A model generated the notes under the pieces. That model was given only the letters and a program-made list of their open reading frames with translations, ran no database searches and had not been told where the DNA came from. A stretch of 64,000 bases of DNA from Planctomycetota bacterium (lineage in GTDB: Bacteria; Planctomycetota; UBA8108; SXIK01): NCBI GenBank assembly GCA_965223265.1, contig OZ244999.1:7936001-8000000 (forward strand), written 5' to 3'. Shown here piece by piece: positions 50,435-59,119 of this stretch (the first letter of the stretch is position 1; each line of letters starts with the position of its first letter). A program made the position numbers and the translations under genes.

Positions 50435-51670
50435 TCATTTGGCGCTGGCGTCCGGACTGGCGGTGGCGTCTACGCCGCCGCGAAAGTCGATCAGTTCCGG
50501 AAAAGCGTTCGAGTCGAGGAGGGCGGTCGAATCTTTGGCACCTTTGAGAAAACGATCAAAAAACGCAATGCTGTAAGCGTTGATAACATCTTTAGCGTTC
50601 TTCGGCTTGGTGAAGTGCACTTCTCCTTTGTCGCTTTTCTCAACGCCGATCCCGTCTCCGAAGTTCGGGTTGATGGCTGCCATCTCGGTGAAGGAATAGT
50701 GTCCGCCTTCCCGCAGCGAGAGGAAGAAGCGCGGACCTGTCGCGGTGTTGTAGTACTGAGTCGACGCAGCGTTGCCGAACGGGCCGACCGTTCGATCGAG
50801 CCCGCCAACCATGACGAACACTGGAATCGTTGGCGGCGGGCCGACGGCCAGTGTCATCGCCAGGGACGCCTTCACGCGTGCGTCGTTCGGTAGCAGCTCA
50901 CAAACGGTCATGCCACCGAACGAGTGTCCGAGAACGCCGATGGCCTCGACGTCTACGGAATCATGCAGCCACTCTGCGCGCTCACGAGACCGCCGCAGGA
51001 GTTGATCGACCACAAACTTCACGTCCTGCGGTCGATCCAATCTCGAGCGCTGTCGGCCTTCCCCGTTGTACGGAAGATAGCGATCCTGAAGCACGGTTAC
51101 GCCGCAGTTGCCTGAATGATCGGGAGCCGCGACGATGTAGCCGTGGCTGGCGAGATGTTCGACTTGGAAGGTGTTCTGGTGGCGAAAACCACCGTTTCCG
51201 TGCGAGAAAACAAGAAGTGGATAACGCCCGGCTCGTCGGCGCGCGTCGCGGACCGCCGTGCAGACGAAACGTTTGTTCACTTCTTCGAGCTCGCCCTGGA
51301 ACCGCTTGACGATCTCGCGCGCTGCCTGCTCGTGACCGCGGAAGTAGTCCGTGAACTTGTTTGTCTCCGCGCCGTCGGCAACGATGGCGGGGTACCAGAT
51401 TTCTGTGACCAGCGTGCGGTGTCCACCTGTGTACGGGTCTTGGCGTCGAGTGTCGACCAGCTCGATCGTGCGCACGCCGACCGCGTAGGGTCCGGGCTTC
51501 GCCGCCTCGCCCAGCACACTGGCTGCCACAGGTGACGCAGCCGGGGGCGATTCGGCTTTCGGTTTATCCGGTGCCGCCTCCAAAACCGAGCAGACTGAGT
51601 TGGCTAGTACGAAAAGCAGTAACATCGAGGCGATCAATAGCGCCGGTGGTTGCGAGTCGTGAGGGCTCAT
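50435..51670 (-). CDS. Secreted alpha/beta hydrolase (PAF-acetylhydrolase-like)
   Basis: Signal-like N-terminus, FSHGNGG, LASHGY and the nucleophile elbow GHSFG. Confidence 0.88.
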   Translation of the reverse strand: MSPHDSQPPALLIASMLLLFVLANSVCSVLEAAPDKPKAESPPAASPVAASVLGEAAKPGPYAVGVRTIELVDTRRQDPYTGGHRTLVTEIWYPAIVADGAETNKFTDYFRGHEQAAREIVKRFQGELEEVNKRFVCTAVRDARRRAGRYPLLVFSHGNGGFRHQNTFQVEHLASHGYIVAAPDHSGNCGVTVLQDRYLPYNGEGRQRSRLDRPQDVKFVVDQLLRRSRERAEWLHDSVDVEAIGVLGHSFGGMTVCELLPNDARVKASLAMTLAVGPPPTIPVFVMVGGLDRTVGPFGNAASTQYYNTATGPRFFLSLREGGHYSFTEMAAINPNFGDGIGVEKSDKGEVHFTKPKNAKDVINAYSIAFFDRFLKGAKDSTALLDSNAFPELIDFRGGVDATASPDASAK

Positions 51671-52725
51671 GTCGCTTCTTCCTTTTGCTGGCCGTCTCGT
51701 GAGACGCGAAGCACGAGGCGCCCGAGGACGCCTCCGCCGCGTAGTCGTTCGTGCGCGGTGTTGACTTCTTCGAGCGGCAGGACATCGGTGACGACCGACC
51801 GGATCTTGCCGGCGGCGGCGAGGTCAACGGCACGCTTGAGATCGCGCTTCGGCCCGCACCGCGAGCCGATGAGTTCGAGCTCGTTTTGGGCCAGCCGTTT
51901 GCCACTCAAGGAGTATTCGTCGGACGTGTAGCCGACCACTACCAGGCGGCCTCCGACCTGGAGCGAATCCACCGCGGCGCTGAGCGTGTCGCTCGTGCCG
52001 ACGATATCCAGCACGCACCTTGCGCCGGCGTCGCTTGTCAGGCGGCGGACCGCGGCCGCGACGTCTTCGGCGCCGGCGTCGATCGCTTCGTCGGCGCCAA
52101 GGGCGAGCGCGTGCGCCGATTTGGCGATGCCCTTTTCCACCGCGATAACGCGGGCGCCGGCTAGCTTAGCGAACTGCACCGCGAAGGAGCCGACGCCTCC
52201 AACGCCGATGACGACGACCGTTTCACCGAGTTTGATCCGCGCGCGGTCCACAGCGTGGAACGCTGTGATCCCGGCATCGCAAAGAACGGCCGCGTCTTCC
52301 CACGAGATGGTGTCAGGAAGGCGTACCAGCTGGCGCGCCGGAACGCACAAATACTCGGCATAGGCTCCTTGCCATCCCTTAACACCGACAACACCGTCCA
52401 GCTCGGGGCACAGTTGCTCGCGCTCGCTGCGGTAGTACGGGCTCTCAGGCGGCACCAAGAAGATGTACGGAATGACTCGATCACCCTCCGTGAACTCGAG
52501 CACATGATCGCCGACGGCCGCGACCACACCCGCAGGCTCGTGCCCCATGATGAATGGCAATCGCGGCGTGTATCCGAAGCCTTTGAGGAGTTTTAAGTCG
52601 GTTCCGTCGACACCGCACGCCATCACGCGCACGAGCACCTCATCCGCGCCAGGCGTTGGTGTCGGCACCTCCTCGATCGAGAGAGGTTGATCGAACTTGC
52701 GAAGAATTGCAGCTTTCAAGGTCAC
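51667..52725 (-). CDS. Zinc-binding (MDR) alcohol dehydrogenase
   Basis: GHE motif and the Rossmann motif GVGGVG. Confidence 0.9.
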   Translation of the reverse strand: MTLKAAILRKFDQPLSIEEVPTPTPGADEVLVRVMACGVDGTDLKLLKGFGYTPRLPFIMGHEPAGVVAAVGDHVLEFTEGDRVIPYIFLVPPESPYYRSEREQLCPELDGVVGVKGWQGAYAEYLCVPARQLVRLPDTISWEDAAVLCDAGITAFHAVDRARIKLGETVVVIGVGGVGSFAVQFAKLAGARVIAVEKGIAKSAHALALGADEAIDAGAEDVAAAVRRLTSDAGARCVLDIVGTSDTLSAAVDSLQVGGRLVVVGYTSDEYSLSGKRLAQNELELIGSRCGPKRDLKRAVDLAAAGKIRSVVTDVLPLEEVNTAHERLRGGGVLGRLVLRVSRDGQQKEEAT

Positions 52726-52856
52726 GTTCCCGTACGGCGACCGGAGGGTTCGAATACTACGGTCGTCATCCTACCCGCCCACCCCGGGTCGATTCGATCA
52801 AGTTCACCCGCTTCGAGCTGCGCACCTGTCGCATAACGCCGAGCGCCGGCGCGAGA

Positions 52857-54224
52857 TCAATCCGATTCTCGATCCTGCGGCACGCCGCCGAGCTGCACCT
52901 TGATCTTTAGCGACTCATCGCCGCGTTTGACGTCGAGAATCACCTCGGTCCCGGGATACAGCGGCCCGAAGTAAGCCTGCAGCTCGCCGAACGACCGGAC
53001 GTGCATGCCGGAGAGACCGTGGATGACATCGTTCGGCTGGATTCCCGAGAGTGAAGCTGGTCCGCCCGGCTCGACGTTCGAGATGCGAACACCCGCCTCC
53101 GGTTGATCGTCCGAGTCGACGACGACTCCCAGCCACGGGTGATCGCTTTCAAAAAGCGCCGCGATGATTTCGATGCTGCGATCGCCGCGCTCGATTCGCA
53201 CCGGGATTTTTGTGCCGGCCGGATAGGTCCCCAGGACTCCGAGGTAACGATTGCGCGTGGTCACCTTCTCGCCTGCGATCCGGATGATGCGATCGCCGGC
53301 GACGAACCCGAAGCGCTCCGCGGCCGACCCGGCGGTGACCTTGACGATCGGCAGACCGTGGCGCTGGTTCGTTCGACGCATACCCACGCGCAGTCCATTG
53401 ATCTTACCGTGACGTACGAGACCACCTCCCGCACGTTTCAGAGGTTCTAAGAAGCGCTGCACTTGGTTGCTGGGGATGGCGTAACCGATTCCTGAATTGA
53501 TCCCGACGCCGTACGGGTTCTCGATTTTGCCGTTGATGCCGACGACCTTGCCGTCGAGGGTCAACAGGGGCCCGCCAGAGTTTCCAGGATTGACAGCAGC
53601 GTCGACCTGGATCGCGTCGGTGTACGCTTCGGAGTAGCGATGCAGCGCGCTGACGATTCCCGTCGAAGCTGCCGGTTCGTAGTCGGGCGGCGACTCCGGC
53701 AGAAAGAGTTCGCGTGAGCCGACAAGAAACGGATCGCCAAGCGCGATGACGCGATCGCCAACCTCGAGGGCGTCGGAGTCGCCGAACTCAAGTGCTGGGA
53801 CTCCGGGTTCACCGTCCAGTTTGAGCAGCGCGAGGTCGCCGCCGGGGAAGTGTCCGACGACGGTCGCCTGCATCTCACGACCACCTCGCAGTTGAACTTC
53901 GACCCGACCCACGAGGACGTTCGGATCTCCTTGCGAGACGACGTGCTCGTTCGTGAGAACGTAGCCCTCTTCCGAGATCACAAAACCGGAACCGCCCTGA
54001 ATGAAGACGAAGCTCTTCGCGGCGCGCTCGATCGTGGCGCGCATCTCCTCTTCTAGGCGACGCAGATCGCCCAGGTCGCCGATTTTCTGATCGCGCTCGA
54101 CCTCCACCGCTTGCAAGCATACGGTTGGTGGCGCGAGACAAGCCGGCGCCAGCAGCGCGGCGGCGTGCAACACCGCTACCCAGTAGCTCGCGGCGCGGCT
54201 TCGGATCGTGGTCGGCGGCGTCAC
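52857..54224 (-). CDS. HtrA/S1C serine protease with two PDZ domains (intact triad)
   Basis: TNEHVV, DLALLK and GNSGGP. Confidence 0.9.
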   Translation of the reverse strand: MTPPTTIRSRAASYWVAVLHAAALLAPACLAPPTVCLQAVEVERDQKIGDLGDLRRLEEEMRATIERAAKSFVFIQGGSGFVISEEGYVLTNEHVVSQGDPNVLVGRVEVQLRGGREMQATVVGHFPGGDLALLKLDGEPGVPALEFGDSDALEVGDRVIALGDPFLVGSRELFLPESPPDYEPAASTGIVSALHRYSEAYTDAIQVDAAVNPGNSGGPLLTLDGKVVGINGKIENPYGVGINSGIGYAIPSNQVQRFLEPLKRAGGGLVRHGKINGLRVGMRRTNQRHGLPIVKVTAGSAAERFGFVAGDRIIRIAGEKVTTRNRYLGVLGTYPAGTKIPVRIERGDRSIEIIAALFESDHPWLGVVVDSDDQPEAGVRISNVEPGGPASLSGIQPNDVIHGLSGMHVRSFGELQAYFGPLYPGTEVILDVKRGDESLKIKVQLGGVPQDRESD

Positions 54225-55249
54225 GGTTTCTCTCCTAAGGCGATTTCCAGCTCGAGGATTTTTTCCTGTCGCTTCACCTTGACCTGCACGACGTCGCCCA
54301 CTTCGTGGGCTAGGACCAGTGCTTTCAGATGGTAGAAGTCCCTCACCGCCTCGCCGTTGATTTCGAGAAGGATGTCATCGGCGATGACGCCAGCCTTTGC
54401 CGCCGCACCGCCTTCGACGACCCGCCCGACGTGCGAGCCCTCCGGGACCTCCTTGCCGATCGAGATGACGCCGAGCATAGGGGGTTTGATGTTCTTTCCT
54501 TCGCGCAAGCGCGGCAGAATCCGCCGCAAAGTCTTCACGGTCGTACCGAATCCGACGCCGGAGTTGATGCCCCATTGGGGTTGGTGATGACCGACAAAGC
54601 AAGCGATGCCGACGAGCCGCCCCTCCAGGTCGATCAACGGTCCGCCGACGTTTCCGTAGTTGAGCTTGGCGTCGGTCTGGAACGCTCGGCCAGCGTTGCG
54701 CCCGAGCGCGCTCACGATGCCTCGCGTCACGGTGGTGCTGCGGGGATCCGGCGAGCGGCCGACCGCGAACACGATTTGTCCGGCCCCGAGACCCTTGGAG
54801 TCGCGCCATGGTTCGAACGACGTGGGCTCTTGCGCGTCGCCCGGCAGCTGTTTCGCTCGCAACAGCGCGACATCGTCCTGTGCACTCACGGCCAGCACCT
54901 CGGCGCTCGAGGTTTCGCCGCTTGCGAACGTCACACTGAGAGACTCGAGCTCTCCGACGACGTTGTAGAAACTCGTCAGGATGTGCCCGCCACCATCGAT
55001 GATGAAGCCGGTGACCGGGCCGTCGGGTCGGCGAAAGTAAGACCGTGCCTCGCCGCCGCCGAGAACCTCGCCGATGCGCGCGGCGGGCAGATCGGTGCCC
55101 TCCCTTCGCTCGATCTGAATCGAAACGACCCGCTGCTCGACGCCGGCCAGAAGCTCAGCGACGCTGGTCGGGGCATCAATGGGAGTACCGAAAGTCGGGT
55201 GCAGTGGGAGTAGAACCCCGACTAGGGTGAGCGTCAGTATCTTCCCCAA
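54221..55249 (-). CDS. HtrA-like pseudoprotease with one PDZ domain
   Basis: LTSFYNV lacks the catalytic His and GNVGGP lacks the catalytic Ser. Confidence 0.85.
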   Translation of the reverse strand: MGKILTLTLVGVLLPLHPTFGTPIDAPTSVAELLAGVEQRVVSIQIERREGTDLPAARIGEVLGGGEARSYFRRPDGPVTGFIIDGGGHILTSFYNVVGELESLSVTFASGETSSAEVLAVSAQDDVALLRAKQLPGDAQEPTSFEPWRDSKGLGAGQIVFAVGRSPDPRSTTVTRGIVSALGRNAGRAFQTDAKLNYGNVGGPLIDLEGRLVGIACFVGHHQPQWGINSGVGFGTTVKTLRRILPRLREGKNIKPPMLGVISIGKEVPEGSHVGRVVEGGAAAKAGVIADDILLEINGEAVRDFYHLKALVLAHEVGDVVQVKVKRQEKILELEIALGEKP

Positions 55250-56331
55250 AGTTGAATCTCCATGCTGCGCTCTTCTTCGTTCCGTTTCAGCTTGAGCGTC
55301 AGTTTGTCTCCAGGTTTCTTGCCGCCGAAGATTGTGCGGAACTCCTGCGTCGACGTGACTCTTCGATCGTCCGCCTGCTGGATCACGTCGCCTGGCTCAA
55401 GCCCGGCGCGCGATGCAGGACTGTCCGGAACAATCCTAGTGACTCTGACGCCGAGTTTTTCCTCGGCCGCCAGCTCGACCCCTAGATAGCTCAGTGAGTC
55501 GTTTTTGCTCTCCTGATCAAACCTCTTGTCGCCGCTGGCAGCCAGTAGGCTTGGCTTGAGGATGTCGACCGGCACCGCAGCTGCCAGCCAACGGTTCGGT
55601 GAGTAGTTGAGAGTGATCACGCCGAGCAGCTCGCCGCGTGCGCTCACCAAGGGTCCACCGTCCATGCCGTTGTTGACTGGAGCGCTCGTTTCGATGACAC
55701 GGCCGATGTACGTCGACTCTCCTTGCGTCTCGCGAAGGGAGAAGAGACCGCTGATGACTCCCGCCGACATGGCAGCCTGGTCGTCCTTTTGAATGCACTC
55801 GAACGCGTTGCCGAGGGTGTAGACCGGCGCGCCGAGAGCGATGGCGGTGGAATTCCCCAAGCTGAGGTAAGGCAGGTCGCCGCCGCCTTCTCCGGAGCGC
55901 TCGACTCGCAGCAAGGAGAACTCAGTTGCCGATTTGGTTTCGATCAGTTTGGCGCTGACGACTTGTCCACCTTGTAGATAGACGCGAATGCGGCGCGCCT
56001 TTCCGGGGACCACGGTTGTCGAGGTGAGGACCAGGCCCTCTGGTGACACAACCGTTCCAGTGCCGAAGAAAGAGAACTCAGAGCCGCCTGTCCCCGGGGC
56101 GCGGCAGGTGACACCGACGACTGCTGGCGACACATAGGCGTAAACTCGCACGGCCGGCGAACGCTCCGCGGCCGGGAGAGCGTCACGAGCATGGACTATG
56201 ACGGCGAGAACGAGCGCGGCGAGCACGTGGAGCCGCCGGCGCCGGCGAGAGATCAGCGTTTGGCGAGCGATCTTGATGGCGCACTGTCCTTTCTTGCGTC
56301 GCGACTGCCGCAGCGCGAGGTGCGCATTCAT
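55234..56331 (-). CDS. HtrA-like pseudoprotease with one PDZ domain
   Basis: LTSTTVV lacks His, EFSLLR replaces the Asp, and GMDGGP lacks Ser. The start is uncertain. Confidence 0.85.
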   Translation of the reverse strand: MNAHLALRQSRRKKGQCAIKIARQTLISRRRRRLHVLAALVLAVIVHARDALPAAERSPAVRVYAYVSPAVVGVTCRAPGTGGSEFSFFGTGTVVSPEGLVLTSTTVVPGKARRIRVYLQGGQVVSAKLIETKSATEFSLLRVERSGEGGGDLPYLSLGNSTAIALGAPVYTLGNAFECIQKDDQAAMSAGVISGLFSLRETQGESTYIGRVIETSAPVNNGMDGGPLVSARGELLGVITLNYSPNRWLAAAVPVDILKPSLLAASGDKRFDQESKNDSLSYLGVELAAEEKLGVRVTRIVPDSPASRAGLEPGDVIQQADDRRVTSTQEFRTIFGGKKPGDKLTLKLKRNEEERSMEIQLWGRY

Positions 56332-56662
56332 CCTGAAGTCTGATGGCTTCGGCGTCAACCAGACAGGGGCCGGCGGCCTCGGCTATCTCGCAGCTCGATG
56401 GGGGTCCACATGCACGGTGAGCGGCGACAGTGCGCTGTGTTGGGGGCGATCATCGGTCGGATGATTTCGATCCGAACCGACGCCGCGAGGGGGTTTGGAC
56501 CCCTGTCGAAGCTGGTAGGCTGGAAGGTCGTCGCGAAGACGCGCGCCGTCACGACATCGGCGACGCACAGGCGACGACATTAACCGGATGTGGGACGGCC
56601 GATTTTTCCGTGTGATCGGGCGTCCTTCGCCCCACTTGGTGCAGCGGTGTGCGATCGCGAGG

Positions 56663-56678
56663 TGGCACGGCGATTGCA
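56663..56678 (+). promoter_or_regulatory. Consensus sigma54 promoter
   Basis: TGGCACG-GCGA-TTGCA is an exact -24/-12 consensus match in an intergenic region. Confidence 0.75.
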
Positions 56679-57448
56679 GACTCAACGGCAGCGTTAGCTT
56701 TCGACCGACATTCTGATCCGCTGAGCCACTGGGGCCTGGCGGAACGGCCCAAGCCGCGGGCGGGAATCGGGCCACTTGTTCTCGTCCGTGGCGTCTACCG
56801 ATTCGTGATACCCAGACCATGCGTGAAACCGCGAAACGCGCCGGCGACCTGAAACCCGCCGATCCGTCGCCCGTCCGCGAGGCCGATGGTAAGGACGCTG
56901 TGCAGCCGGATCTCGAGCCGCAGGAGCCTGAGGCCCCGAGTCTCAAACCGCAAGACCTCGAGCCTGAAAACGAGAGAGAATCGGCGTTGCCGACGACGCG
57001 GCGAGCGCGTTCATCCGGTCAACCTCGGCGACCCGCAGGATGATCTTCTCGCCACGAACCTTCGGCTTCGGGCTGTCTGCGTGCCTGCGGAGCATTTGCG
57101 AGCGCACTCGCCGGAACTCGTTCGATCGGTTCGACGTAACCGACAACGGACCCGAGTCGGCCCTCGGCAATTTGTCCCTCGAGGCCGTACGTTCGCGCAA
57201 GGGATCCGAAGCAGCCACCCTTTTAGGATGTTATTCATCCGAAAATATCTGCCACTAAGATGCAGAATATCCGAACCGGCGCGTCTCGCACTCGGAAACG
57301 GTCCGCTGAGCGTATGGCCCCGAAGTTGCATATTTCGCGACGCTTCGGGCGAGACCCAGCGGTCGCGCAGGGACGGCGATAACGGAGTCGACGGCGGTGG
57401 CGACGCAGCGCGAGGCTCTTCCGGAGTTCGTCGTAGGAGGACGAAGAT

Positions 57449-58219
57449 ATGCGGCGCCTTGTATCAATTACGCACTTCCCGTGTCTCGTCATGCTTCTTT
57501 GGGTCGTCGGCGTCACGCCGACGTCGAGCGCCGAGGACGCGCCGGCGACCGCGACGATAAAGAACGATCCTTACTGCGTGGTCCAGATCGGCAGCGACGC
57601 AGTCGAGATCGTCCGCAAGTCGGAGCTTCCCGCGCTCAAGAAGAAGGTGGCGGAGGCGAACAAGCAGGCGCTGAAAGCCTACTCGGAAGCCCGGAAAGCA
57701 GCGAAACGAGCGAAAGAGAAATTCTCCGCGGCGAGGCCTCGAGCGAAGAAGGTGAAGGTACTCTCGGCGTCACTTAAGACCGAGTCGGAGGCGAAAAAGC
57801 TCCGCGATGCGACCCTCGCGAAGGTCAATGGATACGTGGTCGTTCTGGCTGGTCTCGAGCTCCACGTCCTGCGAAAGTCAGAGGTCTTCGATCTCAAGAA
57901 GGACCTCAAGCAGCGAGACGACGACGCGGTCGCGTCGTACAAATCCGCGCAGGCCGCCGCGAAGCAGAGTGGTGAGAAGTTCAAGCGGAAGAAGCCGACC
58001 CAAACGAGGGTGAAAGTCCTGGCTTCGGGTTTCCGGACAGAAACCGACGCGGCGCGTAAGGCCGAGGCGCTGCTCGAGAAGAACAGGAAGCTCAAACCCT
58101 CCGAGGGCCTCGAGCGCGTTCTCGAGTCCGACGGCGACCGTGCGGACAGTCGCGAAGAGGGCGAGGAGGATCAAGACGAAGAGGATGAAGAAACCTCGCC
58201 TGGAGAGAACGGTGAGTAG
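57449..58219 (+). CDS. Lys/Ala-rich hypothetical exported protein with a duplicated domain and an acidic tail
   Basis: GGAGG RBS, signal-like N-terminus, two internal repeats of about 80 aa and an E/D-rich C-terminus. Confidence 0.8.
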   Translation: MRRLVSITHFPCLVMLLWVVGVTPTSSAEDAPATATIKNDPYCVVQIGSDAVEIVRKSELPALKKKVAEANKQALKAYSEARKAAKRAKEKFSAARPRAKKVKVLSASLKTESEAKKLRDATLAKVNGYVVVLAGLELHVLRKSEVFDLKKDLKQRDDDAVASYKSAQAAAKQSGEKFKRKKPTQTRVKVLASGFRTETDAARKAEALLEKNRKLKPSEGLERVLESDGDRADSREEGEEDQDEEDEETSPGENGE

Positions 58220-58282
58220 CCTCGAGCGACGAGGCGTCGGCCGTCGAATTCTCCGGCTCTCCAGTGAGTTCATAGTGGCTCG

Positions 58283-59119
58283 ATGAGCACCACTTCTTCA
58301 CCAGCTCCAGCGATGTTCACTGACGCAGGTGCTGAACCCCTCGTCGCGGTGGCGCTCCACGACGGTCATCAAGTGCGCGACGCGCTCGTCGAGCACCTCG
58401 CGGTCCACGCTGCGGCGCGCTTTCGGGAGGAGGATCCGTTCACGCGGGAATGGACGACCGTTGCCTCTACGCGCATCGTGGGTCTTCGATCCCGTTTCGA
58501 AGTGGACCTCAACCGTCCGCGAGACAAGGCCGTGTACCTGACGCCCGAAGCGTCGTGGGGGCTTCGGGTGTGGAGCAGGGAGTGCCCGTCGGACGAGGTG
58601 GAACAGTCGCTCGCCCAGTATGACGAGTTCTACAGGAGAGCTGGCGAGCTCTTTACCGCGATGGCGTCGATTCACGACCGTTTCGTCGTCTTCGACCTCC
58701 ACTCCTACAATCACCGTCGGAACGGCTTCGACGCGCTTCCCGCGCCAGCGAACGAGCACCCCGAAGTCAATCTCGGCACGGCGACGATGGACCGCGAGTT
58801 ATGGGCTCCTGTGGTCGATCGCTTCGTCGCGGAGCTGCGCTCCCGGCCGTTCATGGGCAGGCGAATCGATGTTCGCGAGAACGTCAAGTTTTTCGGTGGA
58901 CACTTCGCCCGATGGGCGCACGAGAATTTCGCCGAAAGCGCATGCGTCCTCTCTATTGAATTCAAAAAGATGTTCATGGACGAGTGGACCGGTGAACCCT
59001 ATCCTGACCACATTGAAGCGGCACGCGACGCGCTCGCCCGCGCCATCCCCGGAGTACTCCAGGAACTCGACCGAATTGACGCATCGCGAGCGCCAGGGAC
59101 TTCCCACTACAACGGTTGA
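58283..59119 (+). CDS. N-formylglutamate amidohydrolase family protein
   Basis: ALHDGH, EEDPFT, SRFEVDLNR and DLHSY. Confidence 0.9.
   Translation: MSTTSSPAPAMFTDAGAEPLVAVALHDGHQVRDALVEHLAVHAAARFREEDPFTREWTTVASTRIVGLRSRFEVDLNRPRDKAVYLTPEASWGLRVWSRECPSDEVEQSLAQYDEFYRRAGELFTAMASIHDRFVVFDLHSYNHRRNGFDALPAPANEHPEVNLGTATMDRELWAPVVDRFVAELRSRPFMGRRIDVRENVKFFGGHFARWAHENFAESACVLSIEFKKMFMDEWTGEPYPDHIEAARDALARAIPGVLQELDRIDASRAPGTSHYNG

Noticed and set aside
56720-56830. Cobalamin riboswitch-like GCCACTG
   Set aside because: The other conserved elements (GGGAA-GGTG-AA-TCC, B12 box) are not found in order, and no B12-related gene follows.
58620-59075. N-terminal extension of the DUF1704 ORF in the ORF track
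   Set aside because: It overlaps the amidohydrolase gene in another frame and is low-complexity; TTG 59076 is more plausible.
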